Source: an uncultured Bacilli bacterium
GTDB lineage: Bacteria; Bacillota_I; Bacilli_A; RF39; UBA660
Direction: 5' to 3'
DNA: 55,310 nt
NCBI GenBank assembly: GCA_947598485.1
Contig: CANQFJ010000006.1
Location: 1-55,310, forward strand
Below the pieces are notes generated by a model, which worked only from the letters and a program-made list of their open reading frames with translations, searched no databases and was not told the origin of the DNA. The translations under genes and the position numbers were made by a program. Below, piece by piece: positions 37,924 to 48,593 of this stretch. The first letter of the stretch is position 1, and every line of letters begins with the position of its first letter.

Positions 37924-40900
37924 TGATAGATGTTAATAATTTTAAAGCAATTAGATTGTCTATTGCTTCACCGGAAAAAATAAGAAGTTGGTCTTATGGC
38001 GAAGTAAAAAAACCCGAAACTATTAACTATCGTACCTTAAAACCTGAAAGAGATGGTCTATTCTGTGAAAAGATATTTGGACCTACTAAAGACTACGAAT
38101 GTAGTTGTGGTAAATACAAAAGATTAAGATATAAAAATATAATTTGTGATAGATGTGGCGTTGAAGTTACTCTATCTAAAGTCAGAAGAGAGAGAATGGG
38201 ACACATTGAACTTGCTGCTCCATGCTCTCATATCTGGTTCTTTAAAGGTGTTCCATCAAAAATGGGCTTAGTTCTAGACATGTCTCCAAGAGATCTAGAA
38301 GAGGTTTTATACTTTGTAAGCTATGTTGTAATTGATCCAGGAACAGCTCCTTTAGAGGAAAAACAAACCCTATCAGATAAAGAATATCGTAATTTATATG
38401 AAAAATATGGTAATTCTTTTAAAGTAGGAATGGGTGCGGAAGCTATTAGAGAATTACTTAAAAAAGTTGATCTTGAAAAAGAAGTAGCAGCTGTACGTAA
38501 AGAACTTGAAGATACAACAGGTCAAAAGAGAATTAGACTTGTTAAAAGACTTGATTGTTTAGTATCTTTCTTAGAAAGTGGTAATAAACCGGAATGGATG
38601 GTACTTGAAGTCCTTCCAGTTATTCCACCTGAACTTAGACCTATGATTCAACTTGATGGTGGTCGTTTTGCTACTTCTGATTTAAATGATTTGTATCGAA
38701 GAATTATTAATAGAAATAACCGTTTAAAGAAATTACTTGAACTTGGAGCTCCTTCAATCATTGTTCAAAATGAAAAGAGAATGCTTCAAGAAGCTGTAGA
38801 TTCACTTTTAGATAATGGCCGTAGAGGAAGAAGTATTACATCTTCATCTAATAGACCACTTAAGAGTTTATCTTCAATGCTTAAAGGTAAACAAGGAAGA
38901 TTTAGACAAAACTTATTAGGAAAACGTGTTGACTATTCTGGTCGTTCCGTTATCGTTGTTGGTCCATCACTTAAGATGTATCAATGTGGTCTTCCTAAAG
39001 AAATGGCTCTTGAACTATTTAAACCTCATGTTATTCATGGCATCGTAGAAAGAGGTTTAGCTCATAATATTAAGGGCGCTAAGAAATTAATTGAAGCAAG
39101 AGATGAAAGTGTTTGGGATATTGTTGAAGATGTAATCACTGAATATCCAGTCCTTTTGAACCGTGCTCCAACTCTACATAGACTAGGTATTCAAGCATTT
39201 GAACCTAAGCTAATTGGTGGTAAAGCTATTAGACTTCACCCACTTGTATGTGCGGCCTTTAATGCTGACTTCGATGGTGACCAAATGGCTGTCCATGTTC
39301 CTCTTTCTGAAGAGGCTAAAGCTGAAGCTAGATTATTAATGCTTGGTGCTAATAACATCCTAAACCCTAAAGATGGTAAACCGATTGTTACACCATCACA
39401 AGATATGGTTTTAGGTAACTGTTATCTAACTATGGAAGAACCTGGTGAAGAAGGCGAAGGTAGAGTATTTAAAGATCCTAATGAAGCTTTAATGGCCTAT
39501 GAAAGAAGAGAAATTACTCTTCATACGAGAATTGCTTTACCAGTTAGCTCATTTAAACATAAATTATTTACGGAAGAACAATTAGATAAATATTTAGTTA
39601 CAACTGTAGGTAAATTAAAATTCAATGAAATATTACCTGATACTTTCCCATATGTTAATGATGGTACAAAAGAAAATATCGAAGGTATTACACCAATGAA
39701 GTATTTCCTAGAAAAAGGAACTAATATACCTGAAGCTATTTCGAAGATGGAAGTTGTTAATCCATTTGTTAAATCTACGCTTAAGAGTTTAATTGCTCAA
39801 GTGTTCAAAAGATATAGAACAACAGAAACATCTAGTATGCTTGATAAATTGAAAGATCAAGGATTTAAGTATTCTACTATCGCTGGTATTACAGTATCAT
39901 ATGCTGATATTAAAACTAGTGAAAAGAAACAAGAAATCATTGATGAAGCTAATAAGAATGTTGAAAAGATTAATAAACAATTTAGAAAAGGTCTTATTAC
40001 TGAGAATGAAAGATATCAAGAAGTTATTAATAACTGGGCTAATGCTACTGATGAAGTTAAGAATGAACTTAAACAAATCAGTTTAAATGATTATCATAAT
40101 CCAATTTTTATGATGATGAACTCCGGAGCCCGTGGAGAAATTTCTAACTTTACTCAACTTGCAGGTATGCGTGGACTTATGGCTAAACCAAATGGTGAAA
40201 CCGTAGAAATCCCAATTACCTCATCATTCATGGAAGGTCTATCCGTTTCTGAATTCTTCTTATCAACCCATGGTTCTCGAAAAGGTGCTGCTGATACAGC
40301 CCTAAAGACTGCCGATTCAGGATATTTAACAAGAAGACTTGTCGATGTTGCTCAAGATATAGTTGTTAAAGAATATGATTGTGGTTCAATCCAAGGTGTT
40401 GTTGTTAAGGATTTAATTAATGAAAAAGATGGTTCCGTTATTGAACCACTTGAAGAAAGAATTTTAGGAAGATTTGCTGCTAAGAAAGTAATTGATCCAG
40501 AAACTAAGAAAGTTTTAGTTGAAGCTGGTGAAATGATTACGGAAAACATTGCGTCTAAGATTATTAAAGCCGGTATCACTAAAGTGGAAATTCGTTCCGT
40601 TCTTACTTGTAAGTCTGAAGGCGGTGTTTGTCAAAAATGTTATGGACGTAACCTTGCTACAGGTAACTTAGTAGAAACTGGTGAAGCAGTTGGTGTTATG
40701 GCTGCTCAATCTGTAGGTGAACCTGGTACTCAACTTACAATGCGTACATTCCATACCGGTGGTGTTGCTTCGGCTGAAGATATCACTCAAGGTCTTCCAA
40801 GAGTTGAAGAATTATTTGAAGCAAGAACTCCTAAATATAAAGCTACTATTGCCGAAATTTCTGGTAAAGTAACTAATATTTCTGAAAATAACTTAAAATA

Positions 40901-41594
40901 TACTATTACGGTTGAAAATGAAGCCGGTGTTAGAGAACATGTTACTAATTACAATATGAAACTTAGAGTTTCTGTTGGTGACGAAGTTCAAGCAGGTGAT
41001 AAATTAACTGAAGGAGTTATCGCTCCTAAAGAATTACTTGCCTTTACTGATCCTCTTACTGCTCAAGAATATATCTTGAAAGAAATCCAAAGTGTTTATA
41101 AACTACAAGGTGTTGATATTAATGATAAACACATTGAAATTATTGTTAAACGTATGATTAACAAGATGAAGATTGTTGACCCTGGCGATACTAATTTTGT
41201 TGAGGGCTTAACAGTTTCATTAAGAGAATTTACTGAGGGTAATAAAGCTGTTTTACTAAGTGGTGGTGTTCCTGCCAGAGGAAATCCAATTATGCTTGGT
41301 ATTACTAAAGCTGCTCTTGAAACAGATTCATTCTTATCTGCTGCATCATTCCAAGAAACTACTAGAGTTCTTACTGATGTTGCTATTAAAGGTAAATATG
41401 ACTACTTAAAGGGCTTAAAAGAAAATGTTATCATTGGTAAGTTAATCCCAGCAGGAACAGGAGCTAAAGAATATGCTAATATTGATATTGCTTTGCAAAA
41501 ACAATTTTTAGTAAGTGATGCATCTGATACTTTAGAAGAAAATCTTTTAGACAAAGATTTAAAAGATGAAGTTGCTCCTGCTCAAGAGGCATAA
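37923..41594 (+). CDS. rpoC: RNA polymerase beta-prime subunit
   Basis: [33 protein letters not shown]-terminal zinc finger. Confidence 0.99.
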   Translation: MIDVNNFKAIRLSIASPEKIRSWSYGEVKKPETINYRTLKPERDGLFCEKIFGPTKDYECSCGKYKRLRYKNIICDRCGVEVTLSKVRRERMGHIELAAPCSHIWFFKGVPSKMGLVLDMSPRDLEEVLYFVSYVVIDPGTAPLEEKQTLSDKEYRNLYEKYGNSFKVGMGAEAIRELLKKVDLEKEVAAVRKELEDTTGQKRIRLVKRLDCLVSFLESGNKPEWMVLEVLPVIPPELRPMIQLDGGRFATSDLNDLYRRIINRNNRLKKLLELGAPSIIVQNEKRMLQEAVDSLLDNGRRGRSITSSSNRPLKSLSSMLKGKQGRFRQNLLGKRVDYSGRSVIVVGPSLKMYQCGLPKEMALELFKPHVIHGIVERGLAHNIKGAKKLIEARDESVWDIVEDVITEYPVLLNRAPTLHRLGIQAFEPKLIGGKAIRLHPLVCAAFNADFDGDQMAVHVPLSEEAKAEARLLMLGANNILNPKDGKPIVTPSQDMVLGNCYLTMEEPGEEGEGRVFKDPNEALMAYERREITLHTRIALPVSSFKHKLFTEEQLDKYLVTTVGKLKFNEILPDTFPYVNDGTKENIEGITPMKYFLEKGTNIPEAISKMEVVNPFVKSTLKSLIAQVFKRYRTTETSSMLDKLKDQGFKYSTIAGITVSYADIKTSEKKQEIIDEANKNVEKINKQFRKGLITENERYQEVINNWANATDEVKNELKQISLNDYHNPIFMMMNSGARGEISNFTQLAGMRGLMAKPNGETVEIPITSSFMEGLSVSEFFLSTHGSRKGAADTALKTADSGYLTRRLVDVAQDIVVKEYDCGSIQGVVVKDLINEKDGSVIEPLEERILGRFAAKKVIDPETKKVLVEAGEMITENIASKIIKAGITKVEIRSVLTCKSEGGVCQKCYGRNLATGNLVETGEAVGVMAAQSVGEPGTQLTMRTFHTGGVASAEDITQGLPRVEELFEARTPKYKATIAEISGKVTNISENNLKYTITVENEAGVREHVTNYNMKLRVSVGDEVQAGDKLTEGVIAPKELLAFTDPLTAQEYILKEIQSVYKLQGVDINDKHIEIIVKRMINKMKIVDPGDTNFVEGLTVSLREFTEGNKAVLLSGGVPARGNPIMLGITKAALETDSFLSAASFQETTRVLTDVAIKGKYDYLKGLKENVIIGKLIPAGTGAKEYANIDIALQKQFLVSDASDTLEENLLDKDLKDEVAPAQEA

Positions 41595-41600
41595 TTATTG

Positions 41601-41630
41601 AAGAAGATTATTTATAGTCTTCTTTTTTTG
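41601..41630 (+). terminator. Terminator after rpoC
   Basis: aagaagatta-ttta-tagtcttctt followed by Ts. Confidence 0.75.
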
Positions 41631-41674
41631 TTTTAATAAAGTTAATATGCTAAAATATAAATGAGGTAACGAGT

Positions 41675-42808
41675 ATGAATGACGAAGTATATAAAAATAT
41701 GCAAAAGCATGATAAAGATCTTTCTAAATATGCTACTTTAGATAATGAAGGTATATATCTAAGAGAAAATGATGAAGATATTAGAACAGTTTTTTTTAGA
41801 GATATAGACCGTATTATTTATAGTCTTTCTTATGTAAGATATATGGATAAAACGCAAGTATTTAGTAAGAAGAATAACGATCATATTCAAACTAGAATGA
41901 TTCATGTGCAATATGTTAGTAAAATAGCTAGAACGATAGGAAGAGCCCTTGGCTTAAATGAAGATTTAATTGAAGCTGCCGCTTTAGGCCACGACCTTGG
42001 TCATACACCTTTTGGCCATGAAGGAGAAAGAGCGTTAAACAAAATATCTCTAGAACTTAATGAAGGCTATTTTATGCACAATATTAATAGTGTAAGAATT
42101 CTTATGAATGTCGAAAACTATGGCAAAGGTCAAAATATTTCTTTACAAGTTTTAGATGCTATTATGTGTCACAATGGAGAGATGGTATCTAATGAATATT
42201 ATCCCAAAAAGAAAACTATTGAAACCTTTATGGACGAGTATAATAATTCTTATCATAGTCTTGATATTGCTAAATATTTAAGACCAATGACTCTCGAAGG
42301 TTGTGTGGTAAGACTTAGTGATATTATCGCTTACATTGGCCGAGATATTGAAGACGGAATTAGAAAAGGACTAGTGACCTTTGAAGATATTCCTAAAGAA
42401 ATTACTGATGTTTTAGGCCATACTAATAGTGAAATAGTTAATACCATAATAATGGATATTATAAAAAATAGTTTAAATTGTCCATATATTAAATTATCAG
42501 ATGAGGTATTTAATGCTATAATAAGTCTTAAGAAGTTTAATTATGAAAACATTTATGCTAAAAGTCTTACAAGAAATGAAAAAGAAACACTTGAGCAAAT
42601 GTTTAGAACGGTTGTTTATAACTTTCTTGAGGATTTAAAAAATCATAATGAAGAAAGTATTATATTTACTTCTTATTTAAGTAAAATGAGTAAAGACTAT
42701 TATAAGAATAATAGTTATGAGAGAATAGTTTTAGATTATGTTTCAGGAATGACAGATGATTATTTTATTGAACAATATAATAAAATTAACATAAAAAAAG
42801 AAAACTAG
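41675..42808 (+). CDS. dgt: dGTP triphosphohydrolase-like HD protein
   Basis: RDIDRI, KTQVF, HDLGHTPFGHEGE, DIIAY..DIEDG, DYVSGMTD. Confidence 0.92.
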   Translation: MNDEVYKNMQKHDKDLSKYATLDNEGIYLRENDEDIRTVFFRDIDRIIYSLSYVRYMDKTQVFSKKNNDHIQTRMIHVQYVSKIARTIGRALGLNEDLIEAAALGHDLGHTPFGHEGERALNKISLELNEGYFMHNINSVRILMNVENYGKGQNISLQVLDAIMCHNGEMVSNEYYPKKKTIETFMDEYNNSYHSLDIAKYLRPMTLEGCVVRLSDIIAYIGRDIEDGIRKGLVTFEDIPKEITDVLGHTNSEIVNTIIMDIIKNSLNCPYIKLSDEVFNAIISLKKFNYENIYAKSLTRNEKETLEQMFRTVVYNFLEDLKNHNEESIIFTSYLSKMSKDYYKNNSYERIVLDYVSGMTDDYFIEQYNKINIKKEN

Positions 42809-42821
42809 GAAATAATACATA

Positions 42822-44099
42822 ATGAGGTGCTACGTGGAACTAAATAAAATAGATGAAAGAAGTTATCGAATTCATACCATAAAAACAAATCGTTTTAAAA
42901 CAACGCGTATTGAAGTTGTTTTTAGAACATTGGCAAGAAAAGAAAATATGTATAAATATTCATTTGTTGCCGATCTTTTAAGTGAGAGTAATAAACAGTA
43001 CCATACGCGTAGAGATGTAGCTATAAAACTGGAAGAACTTTATAAGGCTTACTTTTATACTTGTACAAATAAAGTAGGAAACTGTCTAAACATTATTTTT
43101 ACAATGAACTTTATAAATAATGAATATATTAATGAAGATAACTACATTAAAGATATTATAGATTTTTTATTTGATATGATTTATAAGCCTAATGTTAAGA
43201 ATCGTGAATTTGATATGGATTCATTTAATATTGTAAAAAAGAATATTTTACTTGATATTGATAGTGTTCAAGAAAATCCTGAGAAAATGGCTATTAACAA
43301 TGCTTTAAAAACCATGGATGAACATTCATCAAGTGTAAATGGGACTCTTGGTACTAAGGAAGATGTTGACAAGCTTACTAATGCTAATTTATATAGTATT
43401 TATGAGGAATTAATAAATAATACTTGTTTAGATATTTTTGTATGTGGAAATACAAATATGGACCCTATAGTTAAAGCAATAAAAAATAGGGTAAAAAAAC
43501 ATCAAATAAATGATTTTAAAGAAGATTATTATATTGTTAATAAAGTTACTAAAAAAACTAAGAAAAAGGATGATAAAGGTACTTTTTTGCAAACTCAATT
43601 AGTAATGCTCTATAACGTCGTAAAACCAACGAAAAGAGAAAAAGAAATTACTTTCCATTTAATGAATTATATTTTAGGAAGTGGCGGTTTGAGTAGTAAA
43701 CTTTATCGTTATGTAAGAGAAGATAATAGTTATTGTTATCGTATTTCTAGTATGTACTTTAAATATGATAATTTACTATGTGTTGAGTCTTCATTAGCAA
43801 AAGAAAATAGTGCGCATGCTATTAAATTAATAAAGAAAGCTATAGTAGAGATGCAAAAAGGCGACTTTACCGATGAAGATATAAATAATGCCAAGCAAAA
43901 TATGTTAATGTCCTTAAAAGTAAATCGTAATAATCCATCATCTATTTTAGCAAATTACGAATTTAAATATTTCATTGGTAATTATGATTTAGAAGAAAAA
44001 ATTGAAGCTTTAGATTCAGTTACTAAAGATGAAATAATAACATTGGCAAAAAAATTAAAAGAAAATACAGTGTATTTACTAAGTGAGGCCCAAAAATGA
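42822..44099 (+). CDS. M16 peptidase-family subunit, YmfF-like (no HxxEH)
   Basis: T.RFKT, LEELY, ILG...SSKLY..VRE..S.CY; paired with the following M16 gene. Confidence 0.85.
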   Translation: MRCYVELNKIDERSYRIHTIKTNRFKTTRIEVVFRTLARKENMYKYSFVADLLSESNKQYHTRRDVAIKLEELYKAYFYTCTNKVGNCLNIIFTMNFINNEYINEDNYIKDIIDFLFDMIYKPNVKNREFDMDSFNIVKKNILLDIDSVQENPEKMAINNALKTMDEHSSSVNGTLGTKEDVDKLTNANLYSIYEELINNTCLDIFVCGNTNMDPIVKAIKNRVKKHQINDFKEDYYIVNKVTKKTKKKDDKGTFLQTQLVMLYNVVKPTKREKEITFHLMNYILGSGGLSSKLYRYVREDNSYCYRISSMYFKYDNLLCVESSLAKENSAHAIKLIKKAIVEMQKGDFTDEDINNAKQNMLMSLKVNRNNPSSILANYEFKYFIGNYDLEEKIEALDSVTKDEIITLAKKLKENTVYLLSEAQK

Positions 44100-45385
44100 A
44101 AACTATAAAGATTAAAGATTTAGACGAAAAAGTATACGAGTTTACCTCGCAAAGTGGCTTAAAGATTTATATTTGGCCTTATGATTTAAGTGAAGAAGTA
44201 AATATGAGCTTAACAGTCAAATACGGTAGCATTCATACGGACTTTAAAGTTGGTAAAACTGTTTATCATTTGCCAAATGGCATTGCTCACTTTTTAGAAC
44301 ATATAAAATTTAATGAAAAACCAGGCTTAACGGCTCATGATTATTTTTACTCAATAGGTAGTTATACTAATGCTTATACTACTTATGATCATACTTCTTA
44401 TGAAGTAACATGTAGTGAAAAAATAGATGTTAATTTAAATCATTTATTATATTTTGTTTTGAATCCTTATTTTACTAAGGAACTCGTTCAAAAAGAAAAG
44501 GGTATTATTGTTGAGGAATGCAAAATGAGTTTAGATAATCCTTATAATATTGGTTATCAAAATCTTTTGCAAAACATTTACAAATATAATAAAAAGAGAA
44601 ATTTAGTTACAGGTAATGAGGATGATATTAAAAGAATATCAATTGACGATGTTGAGGCTGTTTTTTCTAATTTTTATCATCCTGAGAATATGTTTTTAAC
44701 AGTGACTGGAAAAGTAAACCCTTTCGAAGTTGAAAAGATTGTGGAAAAATTTTTCGAAGACAAAGAATACGCTAAATATATTAAGCCTAAGCTAATTACC
44801 AAAAAAGAACCGGATGATATTGTTAAAGCAAGTGATAGTATTAATACTAATATCACTAAAGAAAAATTATTTATAGCTTATAAAATACCTAAGAAGAGTT
44901 ATAAAGCATTTGATGATTTAACTTTAAGAATTTTGCTTAATATCATTTTAAATATAAATTTTGGCGTTACAAGTGAATTTAATAATTATTTATTAAAAAA
45001 AGATTTAATTGATGATATGTACTATACTATTAATGTAGAAAAAGACCATGTGATAATCATGTTTGAAATATCAACTTCTTATCCAAATGAGGTATTAAAT
45101 AAAATAAGAAAACAAATGGAACATTTAACTTTAAATGAACAGGAATTTACCCGTAAAAAAAGAGCACTGATTGCTACTAGTATACTAGGATATGATGACT
45201 CTTATGAAGTTAATTCTGATATAAGAATGGATATTATTAGATACAATAAAATTGTTACTGATTTAAAAGGAATAATTAACTCATTTACTTTAGAGGTTGT
45301 AAAAAACATTGCTAGTAAAATAACTGATTATAAAGAAAGCTACATTATATTAAATCCCTTGGAAGAAAACGAAAATCCACAATAA
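44096..45385 (+). CDS. M16 zinc peptidase, YmfH-like
   Basis: GIAHFLEH, NAYT, EKGIIVEE, FYHPENM. Confidence 0.9.
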   Translation: MKTIKIKDLDEKVYEFTSQSGLKIYIWPYDLSEEVNMSLTVKYGSIHTDFKVGKTVYHLPNGIAHFLEHIKFNEKPGLTAHDYFYSIGSYTNAYTTYDHTSYEVTCSEKIDVNLNHLLYFVLNPYFTKELVQKEKGIIVEECKMSLDNPYNIGYQNLLQNIYKYNKKRNLVTGNEDDIKRISIDDVEAVFSNFYHPENMFLTVTGKVNPFEVEKIVEKFFEDKEYAKYIKPKLITKKEPDDIVKASDSINTNITKEKLFIAYKIPKKSYKAFDDLTLRILLNIILNINFGVTSEFNNYLLKKDLIDDMYYTINVEKDHVIIMFEISTSYPNEVLNKIRKQMEHLTLNEQEFTRKKRALIATSILGYDDSYEVNSDIRMDIIRYNKIVTDLKGIINSFTLEVVKNIASKITDYKESYIILNPLEENENPQ

Positions 45386-45396
45386 TTTAGCTAAGT

Positions 45397-45437
45397 TTGA
45401 CAAACAAGCATATTTTTAGTAGAATATGCTTGTTTTT
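45397..45437 (+). promoter_or_regulatory. Sigma-A promoter overlapped by a 13-bp inverted repeat
   Basis: TTGACA 45397-45402, 17 bp, TAGAAT 45420-45425; aaacaagcatatt/aatatgcttgttt. Confidence 0.7.
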
Positions 45438-45451
45438 AAAAGGGGGATACT

Positions 45452-45877
45452 ATGTTTTCCGGAATGTATTTTCAAAAAACGGCTAAAATAGATTCAAAAA
45501 ATAGAATGGCCATACCATTAAAGACAGGGATTACTTATGGTCAAAAAATTTTGGTTGCTAAAATGCCTAAATATTACGAATTATTTTTATTAGAAAGAAT
45601 AAATGCTTTAGTTGATAACCTAGAAAAGAAATTTTATGATGTTTCTCCAGAGCAAAGAGAAGAAATCTTAAGGGATTTAAATTATATCTTTTCAATAGCA
45701 ATTAGAACATCAATGGTTGATGAACAAGGAAGAATTGTTATGCCATCAAGTGATTTTAAAGCAGGTAGTGAAGTCTTTTTACAAGGAAGAGGAAAAACAC
45801 TTGCCGTTTTTAAAGACGAACAAGATTATTCAAATTATATGGCAGCAGTTGAAACTTCGGACATCCTTAGAAAATAA
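45452..45877 (+). CDS. MraZ-like protein, divergent and outside the dcw cluster
   Basis: MFSG, IDSKNRMAIP and VDEQGRIVMP duplicated DxxxRxxxP motifs, 141 aa. Confidence 0.75.
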   Translation: MFSGMYFQKTAKIDSKNRMAIPLKTGITYGQKILVAKMPKYYELFLLERINALVDNLEKKFYDVSPEQREEILRDLNYIFSIAIRTSMVDEQGRIVMPSSDFKAGSEVFLQGRGKTLAVFKDEQDYSNYMAAVETSDILRK

Positions 45878-45902
45878 AAAAACAGGAATCAAATCCTGTT
45901 TT
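45878..45902. terminator. Terminator between the convergent mraZ-like gene and rpsD
   Basis: aaaacagga-atcaaa-tcctgtttt. Confidence 0.7.
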
Positions 45903-45910
45903 CATTTTTA

Positions 45911-46513
45911 CTATCTATTATAGTATTCAACGATTAGTTGTTCATTAATATCTGGGTTAAGTTCTGAACGATCAGGAACTCTTATATATTTACCTGTTAA
46001 GTTTTTAGCATCAAATTCAACAAATGCAGGTGTATTTAATTTAAGTTCAAGCGCATCAAGAATTGCGGGATGGTTTTTACTATTTTCTTTAACAGAGATA
46101 ATATCCCCAGGTTTACAAGTATATGATGGAATATTAACTTTTTTACCATTTACTAAAATATGTCCATGGTTAACAATTTGTCTTGCGCTTCTTCTTGTTC
46201 TAGCCATTCCCATACGATATACTAAGTTATCAATTCTACTTTCAAGTAAAATAAACATGTTATCGCCGGCAATACCTTTCATTTTAGAGGCTCTTTCAAA
46301 TACTTTTTTAAATTGTTTTTCTGTTAATCCATACATAAATCTAGCTTTTTGTTTTTCTTGTAATTGGATACCATATTCACTTAGCTTTCTCTTACGATCT
46401 TTACCGTGAGCACCAGGTGTATAAGGTCTTTTACTTAATTCTTTACCAGTTTCAAGAGTAGAAAAACCATATCTTCTAGATTTTTTATAACTAGGTCCTG
46501 TGTATTTAGCCAT
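45911..46513 (-). CDS. rpsD: 30S ribosomal protein S4
   Basis: [50 protein letters not shown]. Confidence 0.99.
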   Translation of the reverse strand: MAKYTGPSYKKSRRYGFSTLETGKELSKRPYTPGAHGKDRKRKLSEYGIQLQEKQKARFMYGLTEKQFKKVFERASKMKGIAGDNMFILLESRIDNLVYRMGMARTRRSARQIVNHGHILVNGKKVNIPSYTCKPGDIISVKENSKNHPAILDALELKLNTPAFVEFDAKNLTGKYIRVPDRSELNPDINEQLIVEYYNR

Positions 46514-46698
46514 ATCAAAAATCTCCTTTCTAAAATATTACAATTTAAAGTAAATGTTATAAGGTCATAATAGGGAGTTTGAATTAATTTCATGGTGGCA
46601 TCCATTACTTTATTTATTGCATCAAACACATTACTACGCCTATTAACACTGCCATTAATTTGCAAACATATTATAACTATATTTTATTAATATGTCAA
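46514..46698 (-). promoter_or_regulatory. rpsD promoter and roughly 150-nt leader, probable S4 autoregulatory RNA
   Basis: TTGACA-17-TATAAT on minus strand (46698-46670); leader contains complementary tggca/tgcca segments; leader function inferred from Bacilli rpsD. Confidence 0.6.
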
Positions 46699-46854
46699 TT
46701 ATTTCATTTTGGCTTTAACTTATAGCAAAGGATACTATAAATATTATTTAATGGTTGTTAGTATTAGAGATTCATCGATAAATTATAAGTTATTAACTTT
46801 TAAATATGAATTATTTTTAACTTGTGGTATAATGAAAACGAAAGGATATAAAGT

Positions 46855-47202
46855 ATGGCAAAAGAAAATACGGAACCTAAAGCAAAAAGAAGCACTTCAA
46901 CTAAGAGTACATCTACAAAAAAAACGACAAAGAAAACCGGTACTAAGGCTACTACAACACCTGCTAAAAAAACCCAAAATAAAGAAGTTAAAGTAGTTCA
47001 AGCTAAAGAGCAACCAAAAAAAGTAAATTACGAAAAACAATTAGCTGAAGTACAAGAGGAAGTAGCTAAGCTTAAAGAGAAAGAAGCAAAAGAGGCTAAA
47101 GAAGCAGAATTATTTAGATTAAGATTTAATTCAATTCTTGTTTTAGTAGCTATTTTAGTAGCGATTATAATTGGCTTTGTTTGTTGGAATTTTGTAGAAT
47201 AA
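46855..47202 (+). CDS. Hypothetical protein: Lys/Thr-rich N-terminus, coiled coil, C-terminal TM
   Basis: aaagga RBS, TG-g-TATAAT upstream, terminator hairpin downstream. Confidence 0.8.
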   Translation: MAKENTEPKAKRSTSTKSTSTKKTTKKTGTKATTTPAKKTQNKEVKVVQAKEQPKKVNYEKQLAEVQEEVAKLKEKEAKEAKEAELFRLRFNSILVLVAILVAIIIGFVCWNFVE

Positions 47203-47228
47203 TTATAAGGTATTTAATACCTTTTTTT

Positions 47229-47305
47229 GTCCTCGTAGCTCAGTTGGATAGAGCGGCTCCCTCCTAAGGAGTAGGTCATGAGTTCGACTCTCATCGAGGA
47301 CGCCA
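47229..47305 (+). tRNA. tRNA-Arg(CCT)
   Basis: Cloverleaf GTCCTCG/CGAGGAC, loop CTCCTAA, CCA end. Confidence 0.95.
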
Positions 47306-47387
47306 CGAAAATATGAATCTCGCAAAAAGCGAGTTTTTTAAATTATTTTATAGCAAGTTTTAGCCATGAAAAAAGCCTTTATAAGGC

Positions 47388-47801
47388 TTAATAATAAGGA
47401 TAATTAATTTTTAAAACAGTATAGATTATATAAACGATAATGTTTATTATTAACGATATGCTACTTATGATAGTAGCTGCAAGAGCTAAGTTTCTAGCAT
47501 TATTCTTTTTACCTTTATTTGCTACCAAAACAATAATACCGAATATTAAACCCATCAAACTAAAATTAAAAGATAGAATAAGTCCGGCAATGGCTAGTGC
47601 ATAATTTTCCCCATTATCAGGCGCAGGTTCAACTACTTTATTAAAAGTATAGCCACAATTAGAACATTTAGCATCATCTATCGCAAGCATAGTGCCACAC
47701 TCAGGACAATATTTTCTTTCTTTATCGTAACCACAATGAGGACATTTCTTTGCTTTATCACTTATGTCATTTCCACATTCAGGGCATTTTATTAGTGCCA
47801 T
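47388..47801 (-). CDS. Double zinc-ribbon membrane protein
   Basis: CPECG..CPHCG and CPECG..CSNCG followed by hydrophobic helices. Confidence 0.85.
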   Translation of the reverse strand: MALIKCPECGNDISDKAKKCPHCGYDKERKYCPECGTMLAIDDAKCSNCGYTFNKVVEPAPDNGENYALAIAGLILSFNFSLMGLIFGIIVLVANKGKKNNARNLALAATIISSISLIINIIVYIIYTVLKINYPYY

Positions 47802-47835
47802 ATAAGTCCACCTCTTTCAAAGTAATTATATCACA

Positions 47836-48474
47836 TTATTGAATATAGTATAATATTTTAACCATTCTTCCTTTGGTTTCAATTAATCCTTCATCTTTTA
47901 AATTACGAAATTCTCTTGACATCGCTGCTCGATCAATAGCAAGATAATTGGCAAGTTCAGTATAAGACAAAGGAAGATAAATAATCATTGAGTTACTTTT
48001 TTCATGCATCATCTTTAAATATGATAAGATTTTATTACGAATGGTCTTATTAGATAGCATTTCTAATCTTTCATTTTGTTCTTTAAGTTTTAATGTCATT
48101 ATACTAATTATATTTTTAATAAATTGATGATATGTTGCAGATAAAGTTTCATCGGCATTTAATATATTATTAATATCAATTATAATAAGTTCAAGATCTT
48201 CTTTGACATTAAGTTCATGTTCGCCACTACTAAAATCTTCCATAAAAGAACCGAATAGGGAGTTTTCTCCAAGTTCTTCACTCATCGTGGTATTTCCTTG
48301 ATAATCTATCTTGTTTATTTGTACTTTACCTGACTTAACAATACAGACCGAATCACCTTCGACAATGTTTGACAAAATTTTACTACCTTTGGCAAATGTA
48401 AAGACATGCGCTTCTAAAAAAGTTAAAAGTCTAGGTATATTCTTGGATGGAATATTATCAAAAATATTTGTCAT
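47836..48474 (-). CDS. Crp/Fnr-family transcription regulator (HcpR-like appearance)
   Basis: cNMP-binding fold pattern (IVKSGKV, FG), KTIRNKILSYL, HTH LANYLAIDRAAMSREF..LKDEGLI. Confidence 0.92.
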   Translation of the reverse strand: MTNIFDNIPSKNIPRLLTFLEAHVFTFAKGSKILSNIVEGDSVCIVKSGKVQINKIDYQGNTTMSEELGENSLFGSFMEDFSSGEHELNVKEDLELIIIDINNILNADETLSATYHQFIKNIISIMTLKLKEQNERLEMLSNKTIRNKILSYLKMMHEKSNSMIIYLPLSYTELANYLAIDRAAMSREFRNLKDEGLIETKGRMVKILYYIQ

Positions 48475-48513
48475 TTTACACCTCTAAAAAATATTTTAAC
48501 AAAAAATATAAAA

Positions 48514-48556
48514 TGTTGCAAATGCAACAATGATTTATTTATCATGATGTTATAAT
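48514..48556 (+). promoter_or_regulatory. Palindromic operator and extended -10 promoter of nrdD
   Basis: TGTTGCA-AA-TGCAACA at 48514-48529; TG-t-TATAAT at 48548-48556. Confidence 0.75.
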
Positions 48557-48593
48557 TGGTTTAGTATTTCGAAAATAGAGGAGAGGTAGAAGT

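Noticed and set aside
46435-46996. ORFs 46435..46665 and 46709..46996
   Set aside because: The first runs through the rpsD leader out of frame; the second overlaps the better-supported 46855 gene and lacks an RBS
47229-47830. Genomic island at tRNA-Arg
   Set aside because: No integrase and no duplicated tRNA 3' end seen in the window
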